Source: Actinomycetota bacterium
GTDB taxonomy: Bacteria; Actinomycetota; Actinomycetes; JACCUZ01
Assembly: GCA_030841035.1 (NCBI GenBank)
Contig: JAVEDI010000054.1
Coordinates: forward strand, 5,048-69,047
Reading direction: 5' to 3'
Length of the DNA: 64,000 nt
This document shows positions 23,834-36,795 of this stretch, piece after piece. The notes beneath the pieces are model-generated. The model made no database searches, had not been told where the DNA came from, and was given only the letters and a program-made list of their open reading frames with translations. The translations under genes and the position numbers were made by a program. How positions within the stretch are numbered: the first letter of the stretch is position 1; every line of letters begins with the position of its first letter.

Positions 23834-24859
23834 ATGGTGAGCGGCGGCCGGCTGGTGCTGCTCTCGACGAGCCCGCGGGTGGCCCCGGGCCTGTTGTCCT
23901 GGCAGGCCTGGTCGGTGCTGCGTGCCGGGCGGGTCGTGGTCGCGGACCCCGCCCATCCCGTCCTGCCGTACGTCGGTGCGGCCGGCATCGAGGTCGAGGT
24001 GCCGGTGGACGCCGAGGGTGCACCCGCTCTCGCCCGGTGGCTGCTCGACGCGGCCGCGTCGACCCCCGCCCGGCCCGTGGTCCTGCTGCTCGACCCGCGC
24101 GGCGACGAGGCGTTCACCCTGGCGCTGAGCGGCCTGCTGGTCGGCGGTGCGGCAGGCGCGTTGCCCGAGGTCGAGGTGCTGCCGGGCTCCTACGACCTGC
24201 CTGGTGCCCGGTTGCTCGACCTGGTCACCACCATGGACCGGCTGCGCTCGCCCGGCGGCTGCCCGTGGGACGCCGAGCAGACCCACGAGTCGCTCGTGAC
24301 CTATCTCGTCGAGGAGACCTACGAGACGCTCGAGGCGATCGAGACCGGTGACCGCACCCACCTGCGAGAAGAGCTGGGCGACCTGTTGCTGCAGGTGCTC
24401 TTCCATGCCCGGATCGCCGCCGAGCACCCGCAGGAGCCGTGGTCGATCGACGACGTCGCGGCCGACATCGTGGCCAAGCTGGTGCGCCGCCACCCGCACG
24501 TGTTCGCCGCCGAGGAGACTGCCGGGCGCGCCGCCACCACCGCGGCCACCGCGGCCCAGGTCGAGGCCGGCTGGGAAGCGCTCAAGGCCGCCGAGAAGGG
24601 CCGGTCCTCCTCGGTCGAGGGCGTGCCGATGGCGCTGCCGGCGCTCGCCCTCGCCGGCAAGCTGCTGCACCGGGCGGAGAGCTCGGGCGTCGTGGCCGAG
24701 CACGAGCCGGGTGACTCACTGGGCGGCGCGCTGTTCCGGCTGGTGTCGCAGGCCCGCACGGCCGGGCTGGATCCCGAGACCGAGCTGCGCGCGGAGATCC
24801 GCCGGTTCGTCGCCGCGGTGCAGGCAGCGGAGGATGCCGCACGCGAGGGGAGTCCCTAA
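23834..24859 (+). CDS. mazG: MazG family nucleoside triphosphate pyrophosphohydrolase
   Basis: LRSPGGCPWDAEQTHESL, EETYE, EELGDLLLQV and RRHPHVF. Confidence 0.92.
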   Translation: MVSGGRLVLLSTSPRVAPGLLSWQAWSVLRAGRVVVADPAHPVLPYVGAAGIEVEVPVDAEGAPALARWLLDAAASTPARPVVLLLDPRGDEAFTLALSGLLVGGAAGALPEVEVLPGSYDLPGARLLDLVTTMDRLRSPGGCPWDAEQTHESLVTYLVEETYETLEAIETGDRTHLREELGDLLLQVLFHARIAAEHPQEPWSIDDVAADIVAKLVRRHPHVFAAEETAGRAATTAATAAQVEAGWEALKAAEKGRSSSVEGVPMALPALALAGKLLHRAESSGVVAEHEPGDSLGGALFRLVSQARTAGLDPETELRAEIRRFVAAVQAAEDAAREGSP

Positions 24860-24869
24860 GGTCGGGCGC

Positions 24870-26540
24870 GTGACCACGCAGCCGACCACCGCAGCTTTCG
24901 CCAGCATCGCCGGGCAGACCCTCGACGGGTTTCTCCAGCGCCATCCCGACGCCGCCACCGGCCTGGGCGACCACCGCTTCGACGACCGGCTGCCGGACCG
25001 GGGCGAGGCGGCCCTTGCCGAGGAGGCCCGGTGGGTGGAGGAGCGGCTGCTCGACCTCGCCGAGCTCGACGGCGCCGGGACCGCGGACTCACCGCTCGCG
25101 CCGGAGGACCGGGTCGACGCCGCCATCCTGCGCAACCGGCTGGAGCTGCGCCGCGTCGAGCTGCGCGACCTGCGCGAGCACGAGTGGAACCCGCTGGTCG
25201 CCAACCCCGGCTCGGCGATCTATGCGCTGCTGGTCCGCGACTTCGCCCCCGTCGGCGAGCGGCTGCGCGCCGCGGCGGGGCGGCTCTCCGGCGTACCTGC
25301 CGCCCTGGAGACGGCACGGCGCACGCTGCGCGACATGCCGCTCGTGCACCTCGAGACGGCGGTCTCGCAGTTCCTCGGTACGCGGACCCTGCTCGCCACG
25401 GAGCTGGAACGCGGGCTGCGCGCGGAGCCGTCGCTGCGCGCGGAGGTGGAGCCGGTGCGCGACCGCGCGGTCGCGGCTCTCGACGAGCACGTGGGGTGGC
25501 TGCGCGGCCAGCTCGAGGCGGCGGACGGCGACCCGCGGCTGGGGGCCGAGCGCTACTCCCGCAAGCTGTCGCTGACGCTGGACACCGCGAGTGACGCCGA
25601 CGCCGTGCTGGCCCGAGCCGAGGCCGACCTGGTGCGGGTCGAGGAGGCGATCGGGCAGACCGCCGCCCGGCTCGCCCCCACGGGTCCCGCCGACGGACGG
25701 GTGCGCCGCGTTCTTGATCGGCTCGCCGGCGAGGGCCACGTCGAGAACGACACGATCGTGGGGCTGTGCAAGGAGGCGATGGCCGACAGTGCCGCGTTCG
25801 TGCGGGAGCACGACCTGCTCACGGTCCACGACGACCCCGTAGAGATCATCGTGATGCCCGAGATACACCGCGGTGTCGCCGTGGCCTACTGCGACCCGCC
25901 CGGACCGCTCGAGGCGACGCCGCTACCCACCTACTTCGCGGTCTCGCCGACGCCGGCCGACTGGTCGCCCGAGCGGGTGTCGTCCTTCTTCCGTGAGTAC
26001 AACTCGCACATGCTGCACAACCTGACGGTGCACGAGGCGATGCCGGGCCACGTCCTGCAGCTGGCGCACAACGCGCGCTTCGCGTCGCCGGTGCCGGTAC
26101 GCAAGGCGTTGTGGAGCGGCTCGTTCGTCGAGGGCTGGGCGGTCTACGCCGAGCAGCTCATGGTCGACACCGGCTACCGCCAGGAGCAGGGCCTCGGCGA
26201 CGCCCTGCGCATGCAGCAGCTGAAGATGGCGCTGCGGATGACCATCAACGCCATCCTCGACGCCCGGGTGCACGCCCGTGGCATGACCGAGCAGGAGGCG
26301 ATGCGGCTGATGACCGAGCGCGGGCACCAGGAGGAGGGCGAGGCGGCGGGCAAGTGGCGCCGCGCGTTGCTGACCAGCGCGCAGCTCTCGACCTACTACG
26401 TCGGCTACGCCGAGGTGAGCGAGCTCGCCCGCGACCTCGCGGCGGCCCGCCCCGACCTGTCGCCGCGCGAGCGGCATGACGCGATGCTCGCCCACGGCTC
26501 ACCCCCGCCCCGCCACCTGCGCACCCTCCTCGCCCTCTGA
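24870..26540 (+). CDS. DUF885 family protein (putative metallopeptidase fold)
   Basis: ATGLGDHRFDD, HEAMPGHVLQ, FVEGWAVYAE and QLSTYYVG. Confidence 0.85.
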   Translation: MTTQPTTAAFASIAGQTLDGFLQRHPDAATGLGDHRFDDRLPDRGEAALAEEARWVEERLLDLAELDGAGTADSPLAPEDRVDAAILRNRLELRRVELRDLREHEWNPLVANPGSAIYALLVRDFAPVGERLRAAAGRLSGVPAALETARRTLRDMPLVHLETAVSQFLGTRTLLATELERGLRAEPSLRAEVEPVRDRAVAALDEHVGWLRGQLEAADGDPRLGAERYSRKLSLTLDTASDADAVLARAEADLVRVEEAIGQTAARLAPTGPADGRVRRVLDRLAGEGHVENDTIVGLCKEAMADSAAFVREHDLLTVHDDPVEIIVMPEIHRGVAVAYCDPPGPLEATPLPTYFAVSPTPADWSPERVSSFFREYNSHMLHNLTVHEAMPGHVLQLAHNARFASPVPVRKALWSGSFVEGWAVYAEQLMVDTGYRQEQGLGDALRMQQLKMALRMTINAILDARVHARGMTEQEAMRLMTERGHQEEGEAAGKWRRALLTSAQLSTYYVGYAEVSELARDLAAARPDLSPRERHDAMLAHGSPPPRHLRTLLAL

Positions 26541-26597
26541 CCCCCGTCCCGGCCTCGGGCGCGGAAGCCCGACCCGCGGGCCTGTCCCGACGTCCGG

Positions 26598-27041
26598 TCA
26601 GTCCGCGGTCGCGACCTTCCGCAGCACCTCGTTGAGCCGGTGCAGCACGTCGCCCAGCTCGCGGCGCTGCTCGGCGTCCCAGTCGCCGAAGTGCCCGGCG
26701 ATGCGCGCCTGCCGGTGGCGGCGCAGCGCCCGGGCCGCGGCGACACCCTCCGGGGTGGCCTCCACGACCGTCGCGCGGGCGTCACCCGGCAGCGACGTAC
26801 GTCGGATGTGGCCGGCCCGGTCGAGGGCGGCCAGCTGTCGGGTCACGGTGGACCCGTCCAGGCCCAGCGAACTGGCGAGCTCGGCGACGCGCTGCGGTCC
26901 ACCGCTGCCCAGTCGGCGCAGCAGGAGGTAGGCGGCGCGCTCCATCGGGTACCTCTGCCGGCGCTGCACCGCCTCGAGCCAGCGGGCGAGCATCAGCAGC
27001 TCCGTCTCGATCTCATCGATGTCTGAAGGCGTCCGGGCCAT
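26598..27041 (-). CDS. MarR family transcriptional regulator
   Basis: ELASSLGLDGSTVTRQLAAL...DARA wHTH; divergent from the MFS gene. Confidence 0.85.
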   Translation of the reverse strand: MARTPSDIDEIETELLMLARWLEAVQRRQRYPMERAAYLLLRRLGSGGPQRVAELASSLGLDGSTVTRQLAALDRAGHIRRTSLPGDARATVVEATPEGVAAARALRRHRQARIAGHFGDWDAEQRRELGDVLHRLNEVLRKVATAD

Positions 27042-27063
27042 GGGTGTATCATAGCGAAGATAA

Positions 27064-27076
27064 CTGTACGATACAG
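27064..27076. promoter_or_regulatory. Candidate MarR operator
   Basis: CTGTA-CGA-TACAG palindrome in an AT-rich divergent intergenic gap. Confidence 0.45.
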
Positions 27077-27089
27077 CGATCTCGGAGCA

Positions 27090-29799
<2,710 letters not shown>

Positions 29800-29809
29800 G
29801 GGCGGGCGG

Positions 29810-30223
29810 ATGACCGACCCGCAGCCGTCGGGTCGGCGGCGCGCGAACTTCACCGGTCGTGCCGCCGTCTTCGCGCTTGTGGTCTGCATGCTGGCGATCT
29901 CGCTGGCCTACCCGCTGCGCGAGTACCTCGCTCAGCGCGGCGAGATCGGCAACTACCGCGCCCAGGTCTCGGCACAGCAGAAGCGGGTCGCGCAGCTGCA
30001 GCACCAGCGCGCGCAGTGGCGGGACCCGGCCTTCGTGCGACGGCAGGCACGCGAGCGGCTGCACTTCGTGATGCCGGGAGAGACGTCCTACGTCGTGCTC
30101 GGTCCCGACGAGGCTCCGGCTGCCGAGGGGGTGGCGGACGACACCCGGGCACCCGTGCCCCGCAGTCCGTGGTTCACGGATCTGTGGCGCAGCGTGGAGG
30201 TCGCCGGCAGGGCGAGGAAGTGA
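29810..30223 (+). CDS. Septum formation initiator (FtsB/DivIC) family protein
   Basis: TM plus coiled coil plus QARERLHFVMPGE; directly after eno. Confidence 0.85.
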   Translation: MTDPQPSGRRRANFTGRAAVFALVVCMLAISLAYPLREYLAQRGEIGNYRAQVSAQQKRVAQLQHQRAQWRDPAFVRRQARERLHFVMPGETSYVVLGPDEAPAAEGVADDTRAPVPRSPWFTDLWRSVEVAGRARK

Positions 30224-30735
30224 TGGAGGCCGCCGACGTCGAGGCGGTGGCGCGACAGCTCGCCCGTCCGCCCCGCGGCCTGCGCCGGGTCGCGCACCGC
30301 TGCCCCTGCGCTGCCCCGGACGTGGTGGAGACGGCGCCGCGGCTGCCCGACGGCACGCCGTTCCCGACTCTCTACTACCTCACCTGCCCGCGCGCGGCGG
30401 GCGCCATCGGCACGCTCGAGGCGAGCGGCGTGATGCGCGAGATGACCGAGCGGCTGGCGGTCGACGAGGACCTGCGGGCCCGCTACGCAGCGGCCCACGA
30501 GGAGTACGTCGACCGGCGCGAGGCGCTCGAGCGGGTCCCCGAGATCGCCGGCGTCTCGGCCGGCGGCATGCCCGACCGGGTCAAGTGCCTGCACGTCCTC
30601 GTCGCCCACGCGCTCGCCGCCGGGCCGGGTGTGAACCCGTTGGGCGACGAGGCGCTCGCCATGCTGCCCGACTGGTGGGCGGCGGGCTCCTGCGTGCGGG
30701 AGCCGGTCAGCGGCGACGAGGAGGCGGCGCGGTGA
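30223..30735 (+). CDS. DUF501 family protein
   Basis: PRLPDGTPFPTLYYLTCP and GGMPDRVKCLH. Confidence 0.9.
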   Translation: MEAADVEAVARQLARPPRGLRRVAHRCPCAAPDVVETAPRLPDGTPFPTLYYLTCPRAAGAIGTLEASGVMREMTERLAVDEDLRARYAAAHEEYVDRREALERVPEIAGVSAGGMPDRVKCLHVLVAHALAAGPGVNPLGDEALAMLPDWWAAGSCVREPVSGDEEAAR

Positions 30736-31670
30736 CCCGCGTCGCAGCGGTCGACTGCGGCACCAACTCGATCAGGCTGCTCGTGGCCGACCTGAACCCC
30801 GTCGCCGGCACGCTGCACGATGTTCACCGACGCATGGAGATCGTGCGGCTGGGTCAGGACGTCGACCGCACGGGTCGGTTCGCGCCGCAGGCCATTGCCC
30901 GGACGCTCGCGGCCTGCCGGACCTACGCCGACATCGTGCGCGACGCGCGGGCGGAACGGCTGCGGTTCGTGGCGACCTCGGCGTCGCGCGACGTGTCGAA
31001 CCGGGAGGAGTTCGTCGAGGGCGTGCGCGAGGCGCTCGGTGTGGAACCCGAGGTCGTCACCGGTGACGAGGAGGCAGCGCTCTCCTTCGCCGGCGCGGTC
31101 CGTGAGCTCGCCGGCGAGGTCGCTGCGCCCGTCCTGGTGGTGGACATCGGTGGTGGCTCCACCGAGCTGGTGCTGGGCGACCGGTCGGTACGGGCCGCGC
31201 GATCGGTCGATGTCGGCTGTGTCCGGCTCACCGAGCGGCACCTGCACGCCGATCCCCCCAGCGACCGCGAGGTCGCCGCGGCGCGGGCCGACATCGACGC
31301 CGCCCTGTCCAGCGCGGCGCAGACCGTGCCGCTCGCCGACGCGAAGACCCTCGTCGGGCTGGCCGGCTCGGTCACGACGGTGGCGGCGATGGCGCTGGAC
31401 CTGCCGCGCTACCAGCCCGAGCGCATCCACCACGCGCGCATCCCGGTGGCAGCCGTGCACGAGGTCGCGCACCGGCTGCTGACCATGACGCACGACGAGC
31501 GCGCTGCGCTGCCGTTCATGCACCCCGGCCGCGTCGACGTGATCGGCGGCGGTGCGCTCGTGCTCGCGTCGGTGCTCGACCGGGTGCCCGTCGAGGAGGT
31601 CGTCGTCAGCGAGCACGACATCCTGGACGGCATCGCGTGGTCGCTGGTCGAGAGCCACCTGTCCGGCTGA
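30732..31670 (+). CDS. ppx: Ppx/GppA exopolyphosphatase family protein
   Basis: AAVDCGTNSIRL, ATSASRD, DIGGGSTE, GRVDVI and SEHDILDG. Confidence 0.92.
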   Translation: MTRVAAVDCGTNSIRLLVADLNPVAGTLHDVHRRMEIVRLGQDVDRTGRFAPQAIARTLAACRTYADIVRDARAERLRFVATSASRDVSNREEFVEGVREALGVEPEVVTGDEEAALSFAGAVRELAGEVAAPVLVVDIGGGSTELVLGDRSVRAARSVDVGCVRLTERHLHADPPSDREVAAARADIDAALSSAAQTVPLADAKTLVGLAGSVTTVAAMALDLPRYQPERIHHARIPVAAVHEVAHRLLTMTHDERAALPFMHPGRVDVIGGGALVLASVLDRVPVEEVVVSEHDILDGIAWSLVESHLSG

Positions 31671-31815
31671 GACCGCCCCTTCCCGCCGCGCGGACCGCTG
31701 CCGCGCGCAGGCCGCAGACGGACACCCCCTGGTGTGTCGGGGCAGCCACCTGACAAGGTTCCCCCGCCGAGGATCGCCAGCCGGGCGCTCCCGCCGATCG
31801 AGGAGGTTCCCGCCC

Positions 31816-32499
31816 GTGGGTGAGATGGTCAGCTTCGCCAGCAACGGTGGCCGATGCGAGGGCTACCTCGCCGTGCCCGAGTCCGGCCGGGGCGCCGGCG
31901 TCATCGTCATCCAGGAATGGTGGGGGCTCGTCGGTCACGTGACCAACCTGGCCGACCGGTTCGCCGCCCAGGGCTACGTCGCCCTGGCACCCGACTTCTA
32001 CCACGGTGCCACGACCGACGAGCCGGACGAGGCGATGCGGCTGCTGATGGGGATGGCGATGGACCAGGCGGCCAAGGACATCCAGGGCGCGGCCCGCTAC
32101 CTCACGGCGCGCGAGGAGGTGACCAGCAGCGGCGTCGGTGCGGTCGGCTTCTGCATGGGTGGCTCCTTGGCGCTCTGGAGCGGAGCACTGGCCGAGGAGG
32201 TCAAGGTCGCGGTCGGCTTCTATCCCGCGATCCCGTGGGAGAACATGGCGCCCACCTGGGGCAACTACGCCAACAAGAGCGCGATGATCCACGCGTCAGA
32301 GGAGGACGGCACCTCCAAGTCCGAGGGGGTGCAGGCGGCGGTCAAGGGCATCCAGGAGGCCGGGGGCGACGTGGAGACCTACGACTACCCGGGATCGCGC
32401 CACGCGTTCTTCAACGACCAGCGCCCCGAGGTCTACAGCGAGGAGCACGCCACGACCGCCTGGCGGCGCACCATCGACCTGCTCGGCAGCCGGCTCTGA
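31816..32499 (+). CDS. Dienelactone hydrolase family protein
   Basis: IQEWWGL, GFCMGG nucleophile motif and HAFFN; AGGAGG RBS. Confidence 0.92.
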   Translation: MGEMVSFASNGGRCEGYLAVPESGRGAGVIVIQEWWGLVGHVTNLADRFAAQGYVALAPDFYHGATTDEPDEAMRLLMGMAMDQAAKDIQGAARYLTAREEVTSSGVGAVGFCMGGSLALWSGALAEEVKVAVGFYPAIPWENMAPTWGNYANKSAMIHASEEDGTSKSEGVQAAVKGIQEAGGDVETYDYPGSRHAFFNDQRPEVYSEEHATTAWRRTIDLLGSRL

Positions 32500-32502
32500 G
32501 GC

Positions 32503-33342
32503 ATGGCTGATCGTCGGGTCCCGACCGACCGGTTCCCCAGCCCGGTCCCGCCCGGCACCGGGTGGCCGGGGGACCCGGCGACCTGCGCCACCCCCGTGGC
32601 GCGCCGTCCCGGCGACGTACGTCGTCGCGCGGCCGCGGCGCCCTCGTTGGCGCAGCTCAGCGCCGAGGTGTCGGTGTGCCGGGCCTGCCCCCGTCTCGTG
32701 CGGTGGCGCGAGGAGGTGGCGGTCGCCAAGCGCCGCTCCTTCGCCGGCGAGCCCTACTGGGGACGTCCGATCCCGGGTTGGGGTGACCCCGACCCGGCCG
32801 TGCTGGTCGTCGGCCTCGCCCCCGCCGCGCACGGCGGCAACCGGACCGGTCGCATCTTCACCGGTGACCGCAGCGGCGACTGGCTGTTCGCGGCGCTGCA
32901 CCGGGCCGGGCTGGCCACCCGGCCGACGAGCACCCGGGCCGACGACGGTCAGCGGCTGATCGGCACCCGCATGGTCGCGGCGGTGCGCTGCGCACCGCCG
33001 GCCAACGCGCCCACGCCCGCCGAACGCGACACCTGCGCGCCGTGGCTGGACGCCGAGATCGCCTTGGTCCACCCCGGTCTGCGGGTGGCGGTGGCGCTCG
33101 GCGGGTTCGCGTGGCAGGCGCTGCTGGGCTCACTCGTGCGGCAGGGGGCCGCCGTCCCGAGGCCCCGGCCGAAGTTCGGGCACCTCGCCGAGGTGCGCGT
33201 CGGCGGGCTGCTGGTGCTCGGCTCGTTCCACCCGAGCCAGCAGAACACCTTCACGGGCCGGCTCACCGAGGCGATGCTCGACGACGTGTTTCGTCGGGCA
33301 GTGCAGGCGTCCGGGGACCGGCTACCTACGCTGGGTGCATGA
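32503..33342 (+). CDS. udgB: Uracil-DNA glycosylase, family 5 (UdgB-like, Fe-S)
   Basis: [26 protein letters not shown] and FHPSQQN. Confidence 0.88.
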   Translation: MADRRVPTDRFPSPVPPGTGWPGDPATCATPVARRPGDVRRRAAAAPSLAQLSAEVSVCRACPRLVRWREEVAVAKRRSFAGEPYWGRPIPGWGDPDPAVLVVGLAPAAHGGNRTGRIFTGDRSGDWLFAALHRAGLATRPTSTRADDGQRLIGTRMVAAVRCAPPANAPTPAERDTCAPWLDAEIALVHPGLRVAVALGGFAWQALLGSLVRQGAAVPRPRPKFGHLAEVRVGGLLVLGSFHPSQQNTFTGRLTEAMLDDVFRRAVQASGDRLPTLGA

Positions 33343-34655
33343 CGCAGGAACGCACCCGCATCCTGATCGTCGGCGGCGGCTACGTCGGCATGTACACCGC
33401 GCTGCGGCTGCAGAAGCGGCTGCGCCGCGAGCTGCGTGAGAAGAAGGTCGAGGTCGTCGTCGTCGACCCTCGCTCGTACATGACCTACCAGCCGTTCCTG
33501 CCTGAGGCGGCGGCGGGCAGCGTCGAGCCGCGCCACGTCGTCGTGCCCTTGCGCCGAGTGCTGCGACGGTGTGTGATCCTCACCGGCCGCGTCGACTCGG
33601 TGGACCACGGCCGGCGGGTGGCGCGCATCCAGCCGGTGCGCGGGGACGCCTACGACCTGAGCTACGACGTCGTCGTCATCGCCCCGGGCTCCATCGCCCG
33701 CACCCTGCCGATCCCGGGCCTGGCCGAGCTGGGCATCGGGTTCAAGCAGGTCGAGGAGGCCATCGCCCTGCGCAACCAGGTGCTCGAGATGCTCGACATC
33801 GCGACGAGCATCACCGACCACGCAGCGCGGCGGGCGCTGCTGAGCTTCGTGTTCGTCGGTGGTGGCTACGCCGGCATCGAGGCGCTCGCCGAGCTGGAGG
33901 ACATGGCGGCCTACGCCATGCGCTACTACCCCGAGCTGTCCCAGGGCGACCTGCGCTGGGTGCTGGTGGAGGCAACCGGGCGCATCCTCCCGGAGGTCGG
34001 CGAGGACATGGGCCGCTACACCGTGGAGGAGCTGCGCAAGCGCGGGATCGAGGTGCGGCTCGAGACCCGTCTCGAGTCCTGCGTCGGCGGCCACATCGTG
34101 CTCTCCGACGGGGAGGAGTTCGACGCCGAGACGCTCGTGTGGACGGCAGGCGTCAAGCCGAACCCGATGCTGGCGCGCACCGACCTGCCCCTGGACGAGA
34201 AGGGCCGGGTGAAGTGCCGGCCCGACCTGCGGATCGACGGGGTCGAGGGCGCGTGGGCGGCCGGCGACGCGGCGGCGGTGCCCGACGTGACCGGGCCCCC
34301 CGGCGCGACGACCGGACCCAGCGCGCAGCACGCCGTACGACAGGGGAAGGTCCTCGGCGACAACATCGCGCGGCTGCTGCGCGGTGGCACGACCTCGGCC
34401 TACATCCACAAGTACGTCGGCTCGGTCGCCTCCCTCGGTCTGCACAAAGGTGTGGCGCAGGTCTACGGGGTCAAGCTGCGCGGCTTCCCGGCGTGGTTCA
34501 TGCACCGCAGCTACCACGTCAGCCGGGTGCCGACGTTCAACCGCAAGGCCCGGATCATCCTCGACTGGACGCTCGCGCTGTTCTTCCGCCGCGACATCGT
34601 GTCGCTCGGCTCGCTGCAGCGGCCGCGTCAGGAGTTCACCGAGGCCACCCGGTGA
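33339..34655 (+). CDS. ndh: Type II NADH dehydrogenase-like FAD oxidoreductase
   Basis: [30 protein letters not shown] and AGDAA. Confidence 0.85.
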   Translation: MTQERTRILIVGGGYVGMYTALRLQKRLRRELREKKVEVVVVDPRSYMTYQPFLPEAAAGSVEPRHVVVPLRRVLRRCVILTGRVDSVDHGRRVARIQPVRGDAYDLSYDVVVIAPGSIARTLPIPGLAELGIGFKQVEEAIALRNQVLEMLDIATSITDHAARRALLSFVFVGGGYAGIEALAELEDMAAYAMRYYPELSQGDLRWVLVEATGRILPEVGEDMGRYTVEELRKRGIEVRLETRLESCVGGHIVLSDGEEFDAETLVWTAGVKPNPMLARTDLPLDEKGRVKCRPDLRIDGVEGAWAAGDAAAVPDVTGPPGATTGPSAQHAVRQGKVLGDNIARLLRGGTTSAYIHKYVGSVASLGLHKGVAQVYGVKLRGFPAWFMHRSYHVSRVPTFNRKARIILDWTLALFFRRDIVSLGSLQRPRQEFTEATR

Positions 34656-35173
34656 GCCTGCTCGCCGTGACCGTCATCGGTCACGACCGGCCGGGCATCA
34701 TCGCCGAGACGACGGCCGCGCTCGCGCGGCTCGGGGGCAACCTCGAGGACTCCACGATGACGATCCTGCGCGGTCACTTCGCCATGGTGCTGCTCGTCTC
34801 CGCCGACGTCCGGGCCGGCGACGTCGAGGCCGGCCTGGCGGTGCTGACCGTGGACGGCACGCTGAAGGTCACGGTGCGCGAGGTCCCGCAGGAGCCCGAC
34901 GTCGCGCCCACCGGCGCGACGGCGTACCTCCTCTCGGTGCACGGCGCCGACCGGCCCGGCATCGTGTCGGCAGTCACGGCCGTCGTCGCGTCCGGTGGCG
35001 GCAACATCACTGACCTCTCGACGAGGCTCACGGGCGAGCTGTACGTGCTGCTCGCGGAGGTCGACCTGCCCGCGTCTGCCGACGCCGCCGGGCTCGGCGC
35101 CAGGCTCGCCCGGGTGGCCGACAGCCTGGGCGTCGAGGTGTCACTGACCCCCATCGACAGCGACCTGATGTGA
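34652..35173 (+). CDS. Double ACT-domain protein (GcvR-like)
   Basis: Two G(H/A)DRPGI(I/V) ACT motifs, each followed by GGN(L/I)xD. Confidence 0.85.
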   Translation: MSLLAVTVIGHDRPGIIAETTAALARLGGNLEDSTMTILRGHFAMVLLVSADVRAGDVEAGLAVLTVDGTLKVTVREVPQEPDVAPTGATAYLLSVHGADRPGIVSAVTAVVASGGGNITDLSTRLTGELYVLLAEVDLPASADAAGLGARLARVADSLGVEVSLTPIDSDLM

Positions 35174-35700
35174 CGCTGCTGCCCCCGCTGCCGCACGGCC
35201 GGGTGCGTCCGGTCGTCCGGGCTCCCGCGGCGGTGCTGACCCGCAGGGCCGAGGACGTCGACCCGCGCGACCCCGAGGTGGTCCAGCTGGCGGCCGACCT
35301 CCTGGCCACCCAGCGGGTGTCGCCCGGGTGCGTCGGGCTGGCCGCGCCTCAGATCGGCGTCGGCTGGCGGCTGTTCTCCCTGGACGTGACGGGACACCCC
35401 AAGACGCGCTCCTGCCACGGACCGGTCGTGCTCGCCAACCCCAGCGTCGTCGCGGCCTCGCGGAAGGAGCGGGGCCGGGAGGGGTGCATGTCCGTGCCCG
35501 AGCTGACCGGCGACGTACGCCGCGCCACCCAGGTGCTCGTCGCCGGCGTGGTGCCGGTCACGGGGGCCGCGCTGACCGTGGAGACCGACGCGTTCGAGGC
35601 CCGGGCGTTCCAGCACGAGATCGACCATCTCGACGGCTTGCTGTTCCTCGACCGGGTGGCGGGCGCCCACGGGCTGCACGCGCGCTCGGTGTACCTGTGA
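35170..35700 (+). CDS. def: Peptide deformylase (variant)
   Basis: CVGLAAPQIG, EGCMS and QHEIDHLDG. Confidence 0.9.
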   Translation: MTLLPPLPHGRVRPVVRAPAAVLTRRAEDVDPRDPEVVQLAADLLATQRVSPGCVGLAAPQIGVGWRLFSLDVTGHPKTRSCHGPVVLANPSVVAASRKERGREGCMSVPELTGDVRRATQVLVAGVVPVTGAALTVETDAFEARAFQHEIDHLDGLLFLDRVAGAHGLHARSVYL

Positions 35701-35733
35701 GGGGTGGGCGCGAGGCAGTAACCTGCGCGCGCG

Positions 35734-35809
35734 GCCCCCGTAGCCCAACCGGCCGAGGCGCTCGTCTTAAAAACGAGGTCACATGTGGGTTCGAGTCCCA
35801 CCGGGGGCA
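35734..35809 (+). tRNA. tRNA-Leu (anticodon TAA) with short variable region
   Basis: Acceptor GCCCCCG/CGGGGGC plus A73; anticodon arm CTCGT-CTTAAAA-ACGAG; T arm GTGGG-TTCGAGT-CCCAC. Confidence 0.9.
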
Positions 35810-35934
35810 CCCCACGATGGTCCACGCCGCTGCGTCGCACGGTGAGCGCATCGCGGCGGGAACGCCCCACCGGGCAGGGACGTTACGCTGGGTATCTGAT
35901 CCCGTGCCGTGCGGGACGACCCCGGAGGGGAGTC

Positions 35935-36729
35935 ATGCAGAGCCGCAACCCGGTCTTCAACAACAGCAAGGCGTTCAAGAACGGTGGCTACGCCACGTTC
36001 CAGGACGCCCCGGCTGCCAGCGCCACCCAGCTCGAGCAGATGTACACCGCCCCGGCCGCGACCGGGGTCGACACCGGCCGGATGACGATGGACGACGTCG
36101 TCGTCAAGACCGGCCTGATGTTCGCTGTGCTGCTCCCGCTGGCCGCGTTGAACTTCGTCATCGAGAGCCCGCTGCTCACCCTCGGCGGACTGGTCGTCGG
36201 GCTGGTGCTCGGACTGATCATCTCCTTCAAGCAGTCGACCAGCCCGGTGCTCACGCTGGCCTACGCCGCCGCCGAGGGACTGTTCCTTGGTGGCATCAGC
36301 AAGGTCTTCGAGGTCAAGTGGCCGGGCATCGTGCCCCAGGCCGTCCTGGGCACCCTCGCGGTGTTCGCGGTGGCACTGTTCGCCTACAAGAGCGGCCGGG
36401 TGCGGGTGACGCCGAAGTTCCAGCGCACCGTGCTCATCGCGATGGGCGGCTACCTCGTCTTCTCGCTGGTCAACCTCGTGGTGATGATGACCGGCCACGG
36501 GGGCGACTTCGGTCTGCGCCAGGGCGCGTTCGGTTTCGCGATCGGCCTGTTCGCCGTCGGCCTCGCCGCCGCCATGCTGATCCTCGACTTCGACTATGCG
36601 GAGCAGGGGGTGCGCAACGGGCTTCCGCAGCGCTACTCGTGGCTCGCGGCGTTCGGGCTCGTGGTCACCCTGGTGTGGCTCTACATCGAGATCCTGCGGC
36701 TGCTCGCGATCCTGCGCGGCAACGACTAG
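35935..36729 (+). CDS. Bax inhibitor-1/YccA-like membrane protein
   Basis: MTMDDVVVKT, YAAAEGLFLG, LDFD and VTLVWLYIEILR. Confidence 0.88.
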   Translation: MQSRNPVFNNSKAFKNGGYATFQDAPAASATQLEQMYTAPAATGVDTGRMTMDDVVVKTGLMFAVLLPLAALNFVIESPLLTLGGLVVGLVLGLIISFKQSTSPVLTLAYAAAEGLFLGGISKVFEVKWPGIVPQAVLGTLAVFAVALFAYKSGRVRVTPKFQRTVLIAMGGYLVFSLVNLVVMMTGHGGDFGLRQGAFGFAIGLFAVGLAAAMLILDFDYAEQGVRNGLPQRYSWLAAFGLVVTLVWLYIEILRLLAILRGND

Positions 36730-36746
36730 CCGCCACCACGACGGCA

Positions 36747-36780
36747 GAAGGCCGCCGACCCGCCCGGGCCGGCGGCCTTC
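36747..36780. terminator. Hairpin between convergent genes
   Basis: GAAGGCCGCCG / CGGCGGCCTTC perfect 11-bp stem. Confidence 0.7.
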
Positions 36781-36795
36781 GTCGTCTGCCCAGCC

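Noticed and set aside
20449..24117. 1222-aa minus-strand ORF, and similar long antisense ORFs such as 4603-7068, 11625-13259, 28474-29889 and 56154-57731
   Set aside because: These are antisense shadows of well-supported genes. Stop codons are scarce in high-GC DNA and the translations carry no motifs.
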